NCBI GenBank assembly: GCA_965655095.1
Contig: OZ296651.1
Span: 110,732,001 to 110,796,000 of the forward strand
DNA from: Haplodiscus bocki
Taxonomy: Eukaryota
Length of the DNA stretch: 64,000 bases
Direction of reading: 5' to 3'
Shown: positions 10,730-23,468 of the stretch, piece after piece
How positions within the stretch are numbered: position 1 is the stretch's first letter
How the letters are laid out: each line of letters begins with the position of its first letter
The notes under the pieces: model-generated
What the model was told of the DNA's origin: nothing
The model's database searches: none
Seen by the model: only the letters and a program-made list of their open reading frames with translations
Position numbers and translations under genes: made by a program

Positions 10730-13700
10730 ATATCGCCAACAAAGATAATATTTTTCAATTCTCTGACACGACTGACAATAACATAAAGCTGGGAAGCCAT
10801 CCAAAGTGCATATTTCCGTTCCTGAATGGAAACTTGAGTTGCTAACTTTGGAAAGGTATCTCCCATTAACTTATGACATGTGAGAGCTACGTAATTTGTT
10901 AGAGGAAACTGGATTCTCCGAACAGATGATGCTTTCATTTTGTAAATAAAACCATTACTTTTGTATACTCTTGTTGTCGGCCAATTCAAAAACAACTGTT
11001 GGCTAAACAAATTTGGGGTAGCTATGGAATCAATTTCAGGTGACACGTAAACCAGTATAGATGTGTCACTGGGCGACGGTAATTCTGCCACAATACATAT
11101 TTGTCCCTGTGTCAGAGGTCCAGTGTTTATTGTCAACCTGACAACAGAATGCTTTTTCAAAACTAATTTCGCAGGTTCCCTACATTCACGGTCTAAATAA
11201 TTGACTGCCTGATGCGTTGCCGGAACCCAGTAGTTGCTTCTATTTGTGCACATTTCATCTTGAGATAAAAACTCAACAAAAGGTTCGTTGGAGGCTGTCA
11301 CCGAATTTTGATAGGCTGCGATGGCTTCTCTTTCTGCTTCTTTTTTACCGAAAACTTTCATCACTGATGTATCGGACAATGAATCCCACGATGGGATGAA
11401 GGAACAGTTTGAACGTATTATTTCGCTGATGGTATCTATATCCCGCGTGGGTATTGGCTTCTGCGACATTAAATCCAGAAGCTGCTGCCCCACTGGGTCT
11501 AACATTCTAACTAAACTGGTCAAAAAATGAGTTTGGAAGCAAAATAAAATCGTGGGTGACAGAAAAACATCTGAACCGTCAATAGCTGGTAGTTGATTGG
11601 TGTCTCCGTTACCTACGACCATTACACCGCCGAACATGCACGTATTTTCTCGAACATTCTGCAGAATCAGGTTAATTGTGGATAACAGTTCACCATTGAG
11701 AAGTCCAATTTCTTCAATTACCAGAATGTCCAAAGATAGGAGTAAAGCTTTCTGCTCCGGATGGTTATGTAACTTCGTCATTGCTCTTTCCATTGCTGTG
11801 TTGGGATCTAATTTTTTGTTGACCCCGATGCAGAACAGGCGGTGTATATGTAAACAATTGAAATGAGACGCTCGACGAGCGGCTAAACTGGTAACATAAC
11901 ATTGAAGTCCATTCATCATGGCATAGAGCAAACAGATGCTTGTTAGGTGACTTTTTCCAGATACTGGTCTACCAAGGACAAGTTGGTTCCTAATTGACTC
12001 ATGTGATTGCAGAACTTGATCAACAGCTGCAAAAAGTCTTGTTAGAACAACCTGCTGTTGACGGTGTGATGCTACTGATTGATGACTTGGTTTAATAACT
12101 GCTGGGACCCAATGTGCTGTTGGGTTTTGAGTTATTGTATTCGGAACGTTGGTGACATTTTGTGGTCGTAAACGTTGAAAAAGACGTTCTTGCGTTTCCT
12201 GCAGAAAAACCATTAAAGTTCTTTCTGTCTGCTCTGTCAAGTGACTCATTAGAACTGGCGGAAAGCAGTTGCTAGCAACGCTGTCGTTCAAAATTAGATC
12301 TTGAATTGCTTCGGCTGCAAAAACCAAACGCGAAGAGAAGGAAACGTTGCCTCCTGGAATGTAAATTAACTGTTCTAAAATGTAACGTTTAAGGAGATGA
12401 TGGCTATCAGTTATATCATATTGTGCTTTTCGTGGAATAATTCCAGCAGTCACGAAACAATTCCTCAGGCTACTAGAAGAAAACAAATCGAGTTCCGTCT
12501 CGAAAGAACCCATTGTGTATAGCAGATGGAGTAGGAACTTGAAATGGTTTTTCGGATAAACTTTAGAAAAGACGATTTCTGCTGGACCCGCTGACAGCAT
12601 CGTACTCTCTGCCACGTATATTTCTCGGAAATTTGTTGTGTTCAAATTTCTCAACACGTTTTCAAACTCAGCGACACGTGGGTCATTAAAACCTGTGAAC
12701 TGCGTGAACCATATTTGTAATTCACGCAAGGCTGAAGATCTCAATTTAATTTTCGAATTAGTTCCATCTAACCATGGTCTTGGAACGAGTGATAAAGTTG
12801 GAATGACTTTGTTGGAGTGAATGCGTGTCTTGTCTCTCACGAAAAAAGCGAAGTAATCTTTCAACTTACGAACAAATAGTAATTCGGGTGGACGGATTGA
12901 GAAAAGAGTGACTTTATCGATTGAGAAATTGGAGTGGGAAGCGTCTTCTATCTGCGTTTTTTGACGATTTGTGAAACAATTATGCTGCGGGAACAACAAA
13001 AATTCACGTTCACTCAGGGAATTACCGTCACTGCCACTGGGTAGAACATACGAACGAGGTTTCCTGTAGAATTTTCCTCCACGGTTTTCCAAAGATATTG
13101 AAGGAACATGAACGAATTCAAAGTTTGTAATAACCACTGGCAGCTTCAGTAACCACCACAGGTATTCAGTTTGAGATACATTTAAAGCTGAGATTGCTGG
13201 CGTCTGTCTTTCCTGTTGTAGAGACTTATTGTTCTGGATTTGAGCTCCCGTGACTTTCAAGTTTTGCAGCTCCATTTGCTGTATCCGAAAAGAATTGTCT
13301 GCTGTTCCTGCTTTCATTTGAACACTACCATGTTCTTCTTTTCCGGCAGCATACTTGTTTAAATATTGGAAGCAAAATTTCTGGTGATAATTTGAACATT
13401 GCTGCTGGATTTGGTCAGAGCAAATAACTTGGGAGAAGTAGGCATAATTTGAGAACCTTTGTCAGCAGCATATGAGACTTTTTCGCACTTCAATTGTTCT
13501 CCTACTTCGTAATTCCAGTCGTCAATAAAACGAATTAGGTTCAGCTGTGCCAAAATTTGGGCGGCCTCAGCTGAATAGGTTTGCGGTATTTCTTTCAGCC
13601 ACAAAGAATGGGAAGGGGCATATGGTTGAAAGCGACAAATTTTTTTTCCAGTTGAATCTGTTTTCTTGAAACAGCGGCCCGACGTATTTTCGCAATTGTG

Positions 13701-16700
13701 ACATTGAATTTTAAAGCAAAGGTCGATGATGTCACTCAACTCCTCAACGGTGTCGATCAAGTGGATCTCGGAATGGAAAAGTTTTTCAAACGCGTCAATG
13801 AAATGTTTTCGTGTAGATTCCATTAGTGATTCAATTTCATGTCTTTCATTTTTCAACCAGAGTAAAAAGTGGTAATGAGGAAAATTAGCCGCCAACGACT
13901 GAAACTCGGCGCGTCCCCAAAGTTTTACAATATTACCCAAAAGATTCTCGTCTGAATTAAGCAGATAATCAACCAGCTCATTAACGGTATTGTTCCACAT
14001 TTGCAACAACATTGGCATGTACAACTGGAACGCAGCTTTGTAAAGTTCCGTTCTTTTGTCTGGGAACATTTCCTCGATGGCGTTGAACATCGGTGCAATT
14101 CCAAAATGTTTCTTTTGGTTGACCGTAATTGTGAGAAAAATCGCAGGTGTTTCGGTTTTGATTGCTTTAGCAAGTTCGACGACGTTTTTCTCAGAATCCA
14201 GCAAGGAGAAACTGACTGACTGAGGAACAGAGTGCAATTGTTTGCCTTTAATTTCAATGTTATGCACACCTCGCTTGAAAAACTCTGAAGTGAAACTACT
14301 TTGTAAACTAACATTGAGCAGCACGTCAGTGAGATAAAACAAATACTTGCTGTTACAAGAGACCGGTAGCTCAATATTATTCACACGGGCGAGAACGTGT
14401 TGGTGGAAGCTGGCGAATCCGTAATGATTATTACTCTGCTCGTCGTCTTACAAAAAGTACGGCAAAGCTCCAGTAAAAGCGCCGTCTGATTCCTGATTGA
14501 AAAACACACTGGGACAAAATAGCGATTCAGTTTGAATTAAAGAAAGAACGTCACCCGGATTGGCGGCCGCAAAGTTCTGAAAAAACCGTAAGTACTTTTT
14601 TGACATGACTATAGGGCTTTCGAATCGCCTACACACATTGAGAGCTCCATTAAGGAGCAGGTGAAATGGGGCCATATTGTTTTCAGTTTCGAGCTCTGGC
14701 AAAATGTTTGTGGCTTCCGTTTCCCCGCACTGAGTATTCACGGCACCTGTCTCTTCGATGCCGACAAAATTGACAAGAGACAGAGAATCATTCGAACCGC
14801 TTACATTTGAAGGCGAGAAAGCATTGTCTATCGATAAGGTCGGTAAATTATTTGATTCCATTTCTGAGTCAACCGAAATATTTGAAGGTGAGGGCGAACT
14901 GGCTGCGACAACAAAACAATCGAACCGTTCAGAATACTCTCGGAAATGATTAGAACAAATTGATACTCCACAAAATTCAACTGGACAACGCCATGCAGAT
15001 GTCCGTGAACAGTCAGCAACTGAACACCTGAAAACTGACGATTTTATGTCGACAGACAAATACATTTTGTGTGTGGAACAAGTGCAAACATCTTGACCTC
15101 CAAAAAAAACCAAACTTCCGGTACGAGTAACAGAATTATAATTGTTTGACACATATAACAGAATGTTCCATGATCTGTACAGACCTTCGAGCATTGTTGT
15201 TGAGTTGCATTTGGTAGAAGTAAAATCAGGCAAAGAAACTGACCACCAATCTGGTAAGTGAATACCGTAACGAAAAAAAAAAGAAATTTTCTCCCTCACT
15301 AAAAAGCGAAACTAAATGAAATGTGGTTGAATGCAGTGTGAGTGTAAAGGGAGGAGGATTCAACCTCGACGGGAGTTGGCTGCAAACGATTACAAAACAT
15401 TGAAAATCAAAATCTTCCGCTATATCAAACAAATCTATCATTTGGTGTCGAATAACTAACTGCCGAAAGGGAACGTAGAAAGAAGCACAAAGAGGCATTG
15501 TCTCAAAAGCTTGATGAATCGCAGAAGTGGCAGTTGACACGGAAAAATACAATTGGAAGTGTTGTTGCAACAAGGATATAGCTCTATTAACCGTTTCTCC
15601 TTTTTTCTTTTTGTTATTACCCAATTGATGTAATTTTAAAATGTATTGAGACCAGTTGCAAACATTTAGAAGGATGTGACCAAATAATTCCAGATTTTGG
15701 TGCCAAAAAACAAGCAGACTTGCACCTTGCGAAACAGTATACAGCAGTTTCGGACAGCCCTGGGGCTCAGCGCCATGTCTTCGGTCGTGATGAACGATGA
15801 GGAGAGAGGGTGGTACACAAACTTTGCCGCCAGTATGGCAATCCAAATAAAGCTTAACGCTACTCAACGAAAACATTGTCAGGTAAGTTCCTGAAGACAG
15901 ATGCTGCTCAAAAGCAACTTCGTCAACGAACAGCGGGAACTTTGCAATGAAAGATCGCATGTTCTCGTCTATTTCATTCTGATTCGTGAGACGAGTCAGG
16001 AAATTCCTTATGTCTCTGCGGTGGTCATAAACTAGCGATTCCGATTGAGGAAGCAGCTGATCACTTTTTACATTATAATTTCGCTGGTTAGTTACAATCA
16101 AGGTGCTGATTCCGTCATACCCGCCTTTACTCGTTGCCATAGAATACGTGTGCGAGAAACTTCCCAATTTGAAAGGTGTAGCATTTCGCACTTTTGTCGC
16201 CATTGGAGCAAAACGATCACTTTGCGGATGCAGTAGATTCCCGAGAGGAGAAGTAGGGACGTGAACGATTTTTTTGTGAGATTTTTGTGAGCTTGGCATG
16301 TTTTGAGAAAAAGCCCATGGTCGTTGACTTCTAAACAAGGCGAACAGACAAAGGTATCAAGGTGTTGGCAAGCTCGTAAAAAGTCTTTGCGCATTCCTCG
16401 TAAACAATGTGCGTCAGCTTGGAAGGATTTGAAAGAGGGAAAAAAGTAGTTTAACAAATGGACGAAGGAAATGTTATCGCAGGCAAAAAGTGGAACAGAG
16501 CACCCGGCAGGACACTTGACGAAAGGAAAACAGTGTTTATTGAACTCGTGTTTCAAATTAGCCGCTTTGAACTCCTTCTTGCTTTCCAAAAACTTTCGCT
16601 GTTTGACTGTATAGTCCTGGAAAAGACTGCTGCTGGTATCTTCCTCTAGTTGGTGGTATGCTTCGCTCCAGCATTTGTACCAGGACTGTCTCATTTCAAC

Positions 16701-18100
16701 GGGAAGTAACTTATAAAAGTAGTAACCATTGCAATTATTTTTAGAACTTAATATTAACGTGCAGAAAACCGCGGGCCACGCAAATTTCCACTCCAAGCTA
16801 TCACAAAACTTCTCACAAAGTTGACAAGTGCAGATGAGACTTCCCAATGGCGACTTCACTTTTGCCCCAAATTTTTTTTTCCTGTGTTTATTAGAGCATG
16901 AAATCGTTTCAAAATGTAGGTTATAAAACGATGTACTCTCTCGCAAACAAATTGCGCATGTCGTAGGACTAGGAGATGGGACAACACTGCAGGTTGTTGA
17001 AGCAAGAAGTTCCCGTAAATCCACTTCACAAATCACTTTAAAAGTAGCTGTGCTGGTCCTTGTAACCAGCGAGGCAAATGTATTACTCTCGATTGAGCTT
17101 TGCAAATCACTTGACCCCCGTGTGCATGAAGAAGCGTCAAAAGTGCCAACGTCTAATTCTTCAGAATGAGTACTTTCCAAAAACGAAACAGCTTCAGTTT
17201 CACCATTATCAACAACAAACACAGTTTGCTCTGCTTCATCGACAGCACTCGCAAAGCGGCCAGTTTTTGGGTCTCTTTCTCTAACAGACATGCCAGACAA
17301 GTATGTTAATTACATGGCCACAAAACTAGAACCACCTAAGCTGTGCTATAGTGGGTTGATTCTTCAAAAAAGACATGCTGACGTTCAAATCGATTAACGA
17401 AATACAATTCAGAAATTAAGAAGAAAAATCACCTAAGCGTAGCTATGATGGGTTGATTCTCTCTTTAGCAGTAACAATTTCAAATACTGTGACCGATATA
17501 ATGGTTTTCAGTTGAGCACCAAATTCACAGGGCTGTCAAAATTCCATTTATTGAACAACAGAATACTAGGAAAACTGCCACTCGAGACGCTGAAGCAACC
17601 ATCCATGAATCGTCATTACGTCAATAATATCAGCAACCCATAATTCAACTGAAAACATCATATTCGAGCAGGCGAAACCACAGTTTCCGTTTTACACGTA
17701 CCAGAAAAAAAACTCCCAGAAAGAATGATCAAGAAGGCACCTTTAAAAAAACCGCCTGATAAAAAAGATTCTTGAGTATAACGTTTATGCAAAACCTATG
17801 AAAGCAAAAAGTTCCAATTAAGAAAGGCAAGTTCCTTCAACACTTATGGAAGTTCAATAAATTCCAAGTACAATTTCAAAGTGACTAAAACAATCAACAA
17901 ACCTATACTGATCATTGAAAACAAATCAATGTTCAGTAAAAAAAATACTGCATCACTTAGGTTTCATTCGGAGATTAAAGAAAACCAGAAAAGTATTGGC
18001 AGCTAAAAACAAAGACAGATTGTAAAAACAAAATCAATGAATCAAAAATCAAGTGAAAAGCTTCATTGCACAGAGGAAATGAATTCCTAAACTGAAAACA

Positions 18101-18822
18101 CTAGAAGCGGTTGACAATTTTTCGTCTGATCAAACTTTGTAAATTGAAATTTCCACGTGTGTCTAGATGCACTTTATCAAATTTGAAGATGTTCTTATTC
18201 GCCAATTTTGACGCAACTCCATGGTATATGTATCCACCATTGGCAGCTCCTCGTTGAGAGAAGAGATTCAGTTCTTTTATCAAGTTGGACACCTCGTTGT
18301 CCAGCCTCAAACATACAGCCAGAACGTGAATCCTGTTAACTTTTGACTGCAGCATTACGACAAGTTCCATAATTTGTTGATGAACCTGAACAATCAAACG
18401 AGAAATTGTTGTATCTTTTCTGAATTTATCATGCCAAAACTCATTTACTGCATCTTTTCCGATACTACTGAAAACAAAGCCTACCTCTCATGGGTTGAGA
18501 CACGAGGTCCCACCTAAGGCAGCATGAAAAAAAATAAGTCCACGTTTCGACAAACTTTTGCTTGAAGTCAAGATTACACAATTTAAGTAAATATATTAAC
18601 CATAGCTGGTGGAACAGCTGGAGCTCCATTCCATTGTTTCAAACTGTTGCCGCCCAAGAACAGAATAATTTGCTCATATTCTCCATACCTCATACTATTA
18701 ATGCATCCAACAACTCGCCGATCATTCGGCCTGGCTCCGGAATACGCGAAGACTTTTGTATTAGGTAGAGTTAAGTTCAAACCCATGGAATCGCTGATCA
18801 AGGCAAACTTCGATATAGACAT
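18101..18822 (-). CDS. SGNH/GDSL-type hydrolase, ~168 aa, two exons (18822-18601, 18385-18101)
   Basis: Blocks ISDSMG (I), YSGA (II), LFLGGN (III) and FDKVHL (V). Phase-0 intron ATG|GTTAAT...TTGTTCAG|GTT gives PPAM-VHQQIMEL. Confidence 0.75.
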
Positions 18823-20079
18823 TTTCTGACTCTGGAAAAAGGTTTGTTGACCTTTTTGTAAAATGCAGTTAACCGAATTGTATGGTTAACAGTTCAAAAA
18901 TTTTACTAGGCAATAATGGACACTGTGAACCCTAAAACATCAACAACGAAATGTGTGTAACGTACAACTAAAAAAACGGAACAGGCTAAATTACTTATAT
19001 ATTACTTTTGAAAGTTCAGTTTTAGATAACTTGCCTGTTTGGAATTGTACGGAACCTAGAAGCAGATCACCACTTCATACAAAAGACGTGAACGTTGTAC
19101 TCCATATGAAACGAATAAACGACAACATATTAAACATGAACCATTGGTTTAAACCCATAAAATCTTCGGCAATTTCCCTGACATAAGAGCAAAAATGTGG
19201 TCGTTAGTCACCGGGGCATTGAAGCAGTTGGATTGCGAATGCTTAAATTGAAAGGATGTTACTTGATTTAACGTAAACATTATTTAGAAAGTTTTTCCAT
19301 AAAAAATATCACTTTTAAAATTTTCGGCATTGTGAGACACATACATTCAAAATGGGCTCAGGAAAACGTCGGAAGTTTCATTTTTCATCAAAATATTTGA
19401 AAACTGCACCCGTTCAGGTAACATTTGGAAAGAAAAAAATTATTGGATGACATTGGTCATTTTCGGCACTGTGAGACTACCCCGGGGGAATCTCATGGGG
19501 TATTAGGGGGTGTTTTTGGAGTCATCTGGAGCTACTGGATAAAGTTGTATTCATGGTCTGAATCCGTAGGAGCCTTCCTTCAGGCATAAAACGGGCGATT
19601 TGTACCGGTGATGCGTATCACCAACACAAAATATCACTTTCGGCACTGTGAGACTCCCCCGCGGGGTGCGAAACCTGTATCACCGAACTTCACTCAATGA
19701 GTACTTACTGCAAGTATATAGGCTTGGAAGGCGTAATACCAATCCGTGAGGAGATATTAGAGATTTTGTTCAAAGTGACTAAGTCAGTGACTAAGTCAAA
19801 AAAATTGAGTCTCACAGCGCCGAAAATCTCAAGACAGATGTCCGATAGAAAAAAATTTCAGCAGAAAAAAGTTCTTAGCTTCCGAAAATATGGCCGCATG
19901 CAAAAAATCAGGCGAAATCGTATGGTTCAGTTTCGAGATCGTTATTGGGAGCCCCTAAATTGATAACTACGTCCCAGAAAGCTTTACTGATGAGGCGGGA
20001 ATGGGAACCCTACCCTTCCCGCCGAAAAGGACGGGCCACAACTACCCCGCGCACCTAGCGGTCGAAGCTATTTCGAATG

Positions 20080-23000
20080 GCGAGAGTGGCATGTTGTTTT
20101 TGCTCACGCATGGAAGCAATGGTTTCTTCACTCAAGCGTCTTTTCCTTGTGTCAATAACAAATTTTTTTGTGGAAAAAAAATAGACAATACACATGTTTC
20201 GATTCAAGAGAACGTCAGCTGAAAGTTTTGGAAACTGGGAAAAGAATTTATCACCGGCAGTGTGTGCAAAATGGGAAATCTGACACTGTTTACGCGCACG
20301 AGTGCTTTAGGGAGTTACTGGAAAGTTTCAACTGCAGCACATTTTGTTTGTGTCAACAAGAGCACTTCTACTCTGAAAAGGGAAAGTGGAGCATCTAAAG
20401 ATATTTTGATTCAATGGAACGTAAGTTGAAGGTTGTGGAAACGATTAAAAGATAAAGTCACCGTCTTAGTTGGCAAAACGGGAAATCGGGCACGGTGTAC
20501 GCGCAGGAGGGTTCCAGTGAGTTTGTGGAAACTTTCAGCAGGCTTGGAACGTGAAACGGACGATGAGTACCCAGTAGCAGTGGTCTGGCGAATCCAAAAA
20601 ATATGACATTTCCAGTGCAACATTTCTCTCAAATTAGACGTCCAGAAAACGCCTTCTTTATTGGAACAACGGCTGTCGCACTAATTAAAGTGCATGTGAA
20701 TCCTACTAAAGTTTCATTTTCATCAATTGCAGTAGCAAGTGATGAAAATGAAAACCATTTTACCTACCCCGAGTCCAATAAAATCAAAAAGGGTAGTCAC
20801 CAATTGGTCCTGATCGTATAGGACTTGTTGCCTGTTGTCATGTGTACAAAGAGGTAACGAAAAAAGACTATGTTGCACCTACCATCCCTTGAACGTTGCC
20901 AAAAAGAGTAGTTTCAAAATCGAAATTTGTTGGAATGAAGTAACTGCGTTTTTTTGGAACAAATCACAGTAAATCAATGAAAACATTCAGAACAAAAGCT
21001 GGAACCGGAAAATTGAAAATGCAGGTAATGTCTTCAGAAGGCAATCAAGGTTATTTCCGTCCTCCATGATGAAACGATACGAATTCATGAAATTGAAATT
21101 TCAAGGAAAGCTCAACAATGTATACATGCATCAAATAGAGCATGGAGATTAATATCTGTCATTTGATAGTGCCATCAGCCAGGCTGTCCTGATTTTGGAA
21201 GCGGTATATGGTATCCAAGAAGTGGGGTAGTGCAAGAAGTTATCTTTACGGAAGAAAGAATTTGACAGTAATTTGGCGCTCCGCTCGATTGGCTTTTAGT
21301 TGCAGGCTCATATCAAACGATGAGACCTCTACTTTTGTTTTCGAATGCTTGGGAAGCAAATAATGGAAGCACACTCTTGGCATCTTCGACATGGTTCGTA
21401 TAGGAAAAAAATGCCTCTCCACGAGTGAGACTATTCAGTCCACCAGAAGGAAGAACAGTTAGAAGTCAGGAAACCAACGAATCAATTTGAAGCTTCACTG
21501 TTTATCCTAATATCGGTAAAAAACTGCAAGATGACAGGCACTACGGCGTCTTCCCTATTTTTTGGCCTCCAAACAAGGCTATGCTTTTCTCAGCAACAGT
21601 ACTTGTCATAAAGTTCTCGAAGAAAAAAAATCTCTTTTTTTTGAATTTTTCTCTTTTTTTCTGTGTAACAATGAAATTTGTAAGGAACTTAGTTGCATCA
21701 ACAGGTAAATGGGGTGATGGAGAAAGAGATGTGCCCTTGAAAGCTCAAATGGCATACTTTTTCGAGATCCGCGAGACTGTTTTGTCGATAAAACGTCGCA
21801 CAGAAACTCCAAGTTGAAAAGATCGGCAAAAAGCCGAAAAGTTCAGAAGACTATGTCAAATCCAGAGTCACTTCACTTCTGATTCTATGTTACCATGTAT
21901 TTTTGTGTTGCAACGTTTTCAACCCGCCTTGAAACATTCTTGGCTAGCGAGCACTGAAAATTTTGTCAATTCAATTGCGATTGGGAAAAAACTATTTGAA
22001 AACATCCAAAAATCATTTTTTCGGCACAGTGAGACATGAAATTCAGATGAAGGGTTTTAAAACTATGGAAAAATTTTTTTCCAGTGGAGCTGCTTGAAAC
22101 CATAGCCATTTTTGTACGAAATGACTGGAAAAGAAGTTTGGCCAAATTTGATCTTTTTCGGCACTGTGAGACTAGCCCGGGGGCATCACATGGAGCAAAA
22201 GTGGGTGTTTCTGGAGTCACCAGGAGCTTTGGGATAAAATTGTATCCTTGTTCCGGACTTGTATGAGCCTTCTTTCAGGCTGAAAACGGGCGATTTGTAA
22301 AGGTGATGCGTATCGCCTACACAAAATTTCACTTTCGGCACTGTGAGACTTCCCCGCGGGGTGGGAAACCTTCATCACCGAACTTCACTTAATGAGTAGT
22401 TACTACAACGACAGGCACTAGGGCGTCTTTCCTATTGTTCAACTTCAAACAAGGCTATGCTTTTCGCAGCAACAGTACTTGGCATACAGTTTTCGATGAA
22501 TGAAAATATCTTTTTTTGAAGTTTTCTTTTTTTCTATGTAACAAATGAAATTTCTAAGGAACTTACTCGCGTCAACAGGTAAATGAGGTGATAGAGAAGG
22601 AGATGTGCCCTTGAGAGTTAAAATTGCATGGTTTTTCAAAGATCTGCGAGACTTTATTGTCGAAAAAACGTAGCAAAGAAACTCCAAGTTGAAAAGATCG
22701 GCAAAAAGCCGAAAAGTTCAGAAGATTATGTCAAATCCAGAGTCACTTCTGATTCTATGTTACCATGTATATTTGTGTTGCATCGTTTTCAATCCGCCTT
22801 GAAACATTCTTGGCTAGCGAGCACTGAAATTATTGTCAACTCAAGTGCGAATGGGAAAAAAATTAATTGAAAAAAACTCAAAAATCATTTTTTTGGCACA
22901 GTGAGACATAAACTTTGGCTGAAGGGTAATAAAACTGTCAAAAAAATTTTTTTCCAATGAAGCTGAATAAAACCATAACCCTTGTTGCACGAAAAAACTC

Positions 23001-23468
23001 GAAAAAACTTTCGGCCAAACCGATCATTTTCGGCACTGTGAGACTACCCCGGGGGGTGCGAAACCTGCATCACCGAACTTCACTCAATGAGTACTTACTA
23101 CAAGTATATAGGCTTGGAAGCCGTAATACCAATCCCTGAGGAGATATTACAGATTTTGTTCAAAGTGACTAGGTCAGTGACTAAGTCAATAATATTGCGT
23201 CTCACAGTGCCGAAAATCTCAACACAAAGGCACGATAGAAAAAAAATTTAGCAGAAAAAAGTTCCTAACTTCTGAAAATATGGCCGCATGCAAAAAATCA
23301 GGCAAATCGTATGGTTCAGTTTCGAGATCGTAATTGGGAGCTAAAGATTTTATAATAAGTCCCAGAAAGCTATACTGATGGAGGCGGGAATGGGAACCCT
23401 ACCCTTCCCGCCGAAAAGGACGGGACACCAAAGCCCCGCGCACCTAGCGGTCGAAGCTATTTCGAACG
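20080..23468. mobile_element. Type A unit 3 (~3.39 kb; ~180-bp deletion in the common region)
   Basis: Colinear with A1; two adjacent 14-mer-led segments are fused at ~23030-23060. Confidence 0.75.

Larger units (their letters stand above)
10097..17291 (-). pseudogene. Rep(HUH)-Pif1 helicase-GIY-YIG transposase, copy 1 (disrupted); intron 10605-10729
   Basis: Rep motifs PAIFLTITVN, AEFQSLAANFPHYHFLLW and (frameshifted) KYLNKY. Helicase motifs GRPVSGKS, VIEEIGL, FGG..GDTNQLPAI, RIQFPL..ALTCHKLMGDT and QLYVIVSRV. GIY-YIG motifs GFVYVLVS..TYVGQT..R..EHN. Lesions near 16270, 15275, 14448 and 13363. Confidence 0.9.
7744..20079 (-). mobile_element. Type B unit 1: Helitron-like rolling-circle element (SGNH + Rep-Pif1-GIY-YIG + orphan ORF), 12,336 bp
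   Basis: HUH Rep and Pif1 helicase motifs; four colinear copies in the window; bounded by the common region. Boundaries are operational. Confidence 0.9.

Noticed and set aside
10726-13317. Host PIF1 gene cluster
   Set aside because: The helicase is continuous with an HUH Rep domain and sits in repeated, independently disrupted units.
13925-14374. Alternative-frame and antisense ORFs repeated in the B copies (e.g. 149-aa MSYRSLV...)
   Set aside because: These are shadows of the RepHel coding sequence with no independent evidence.
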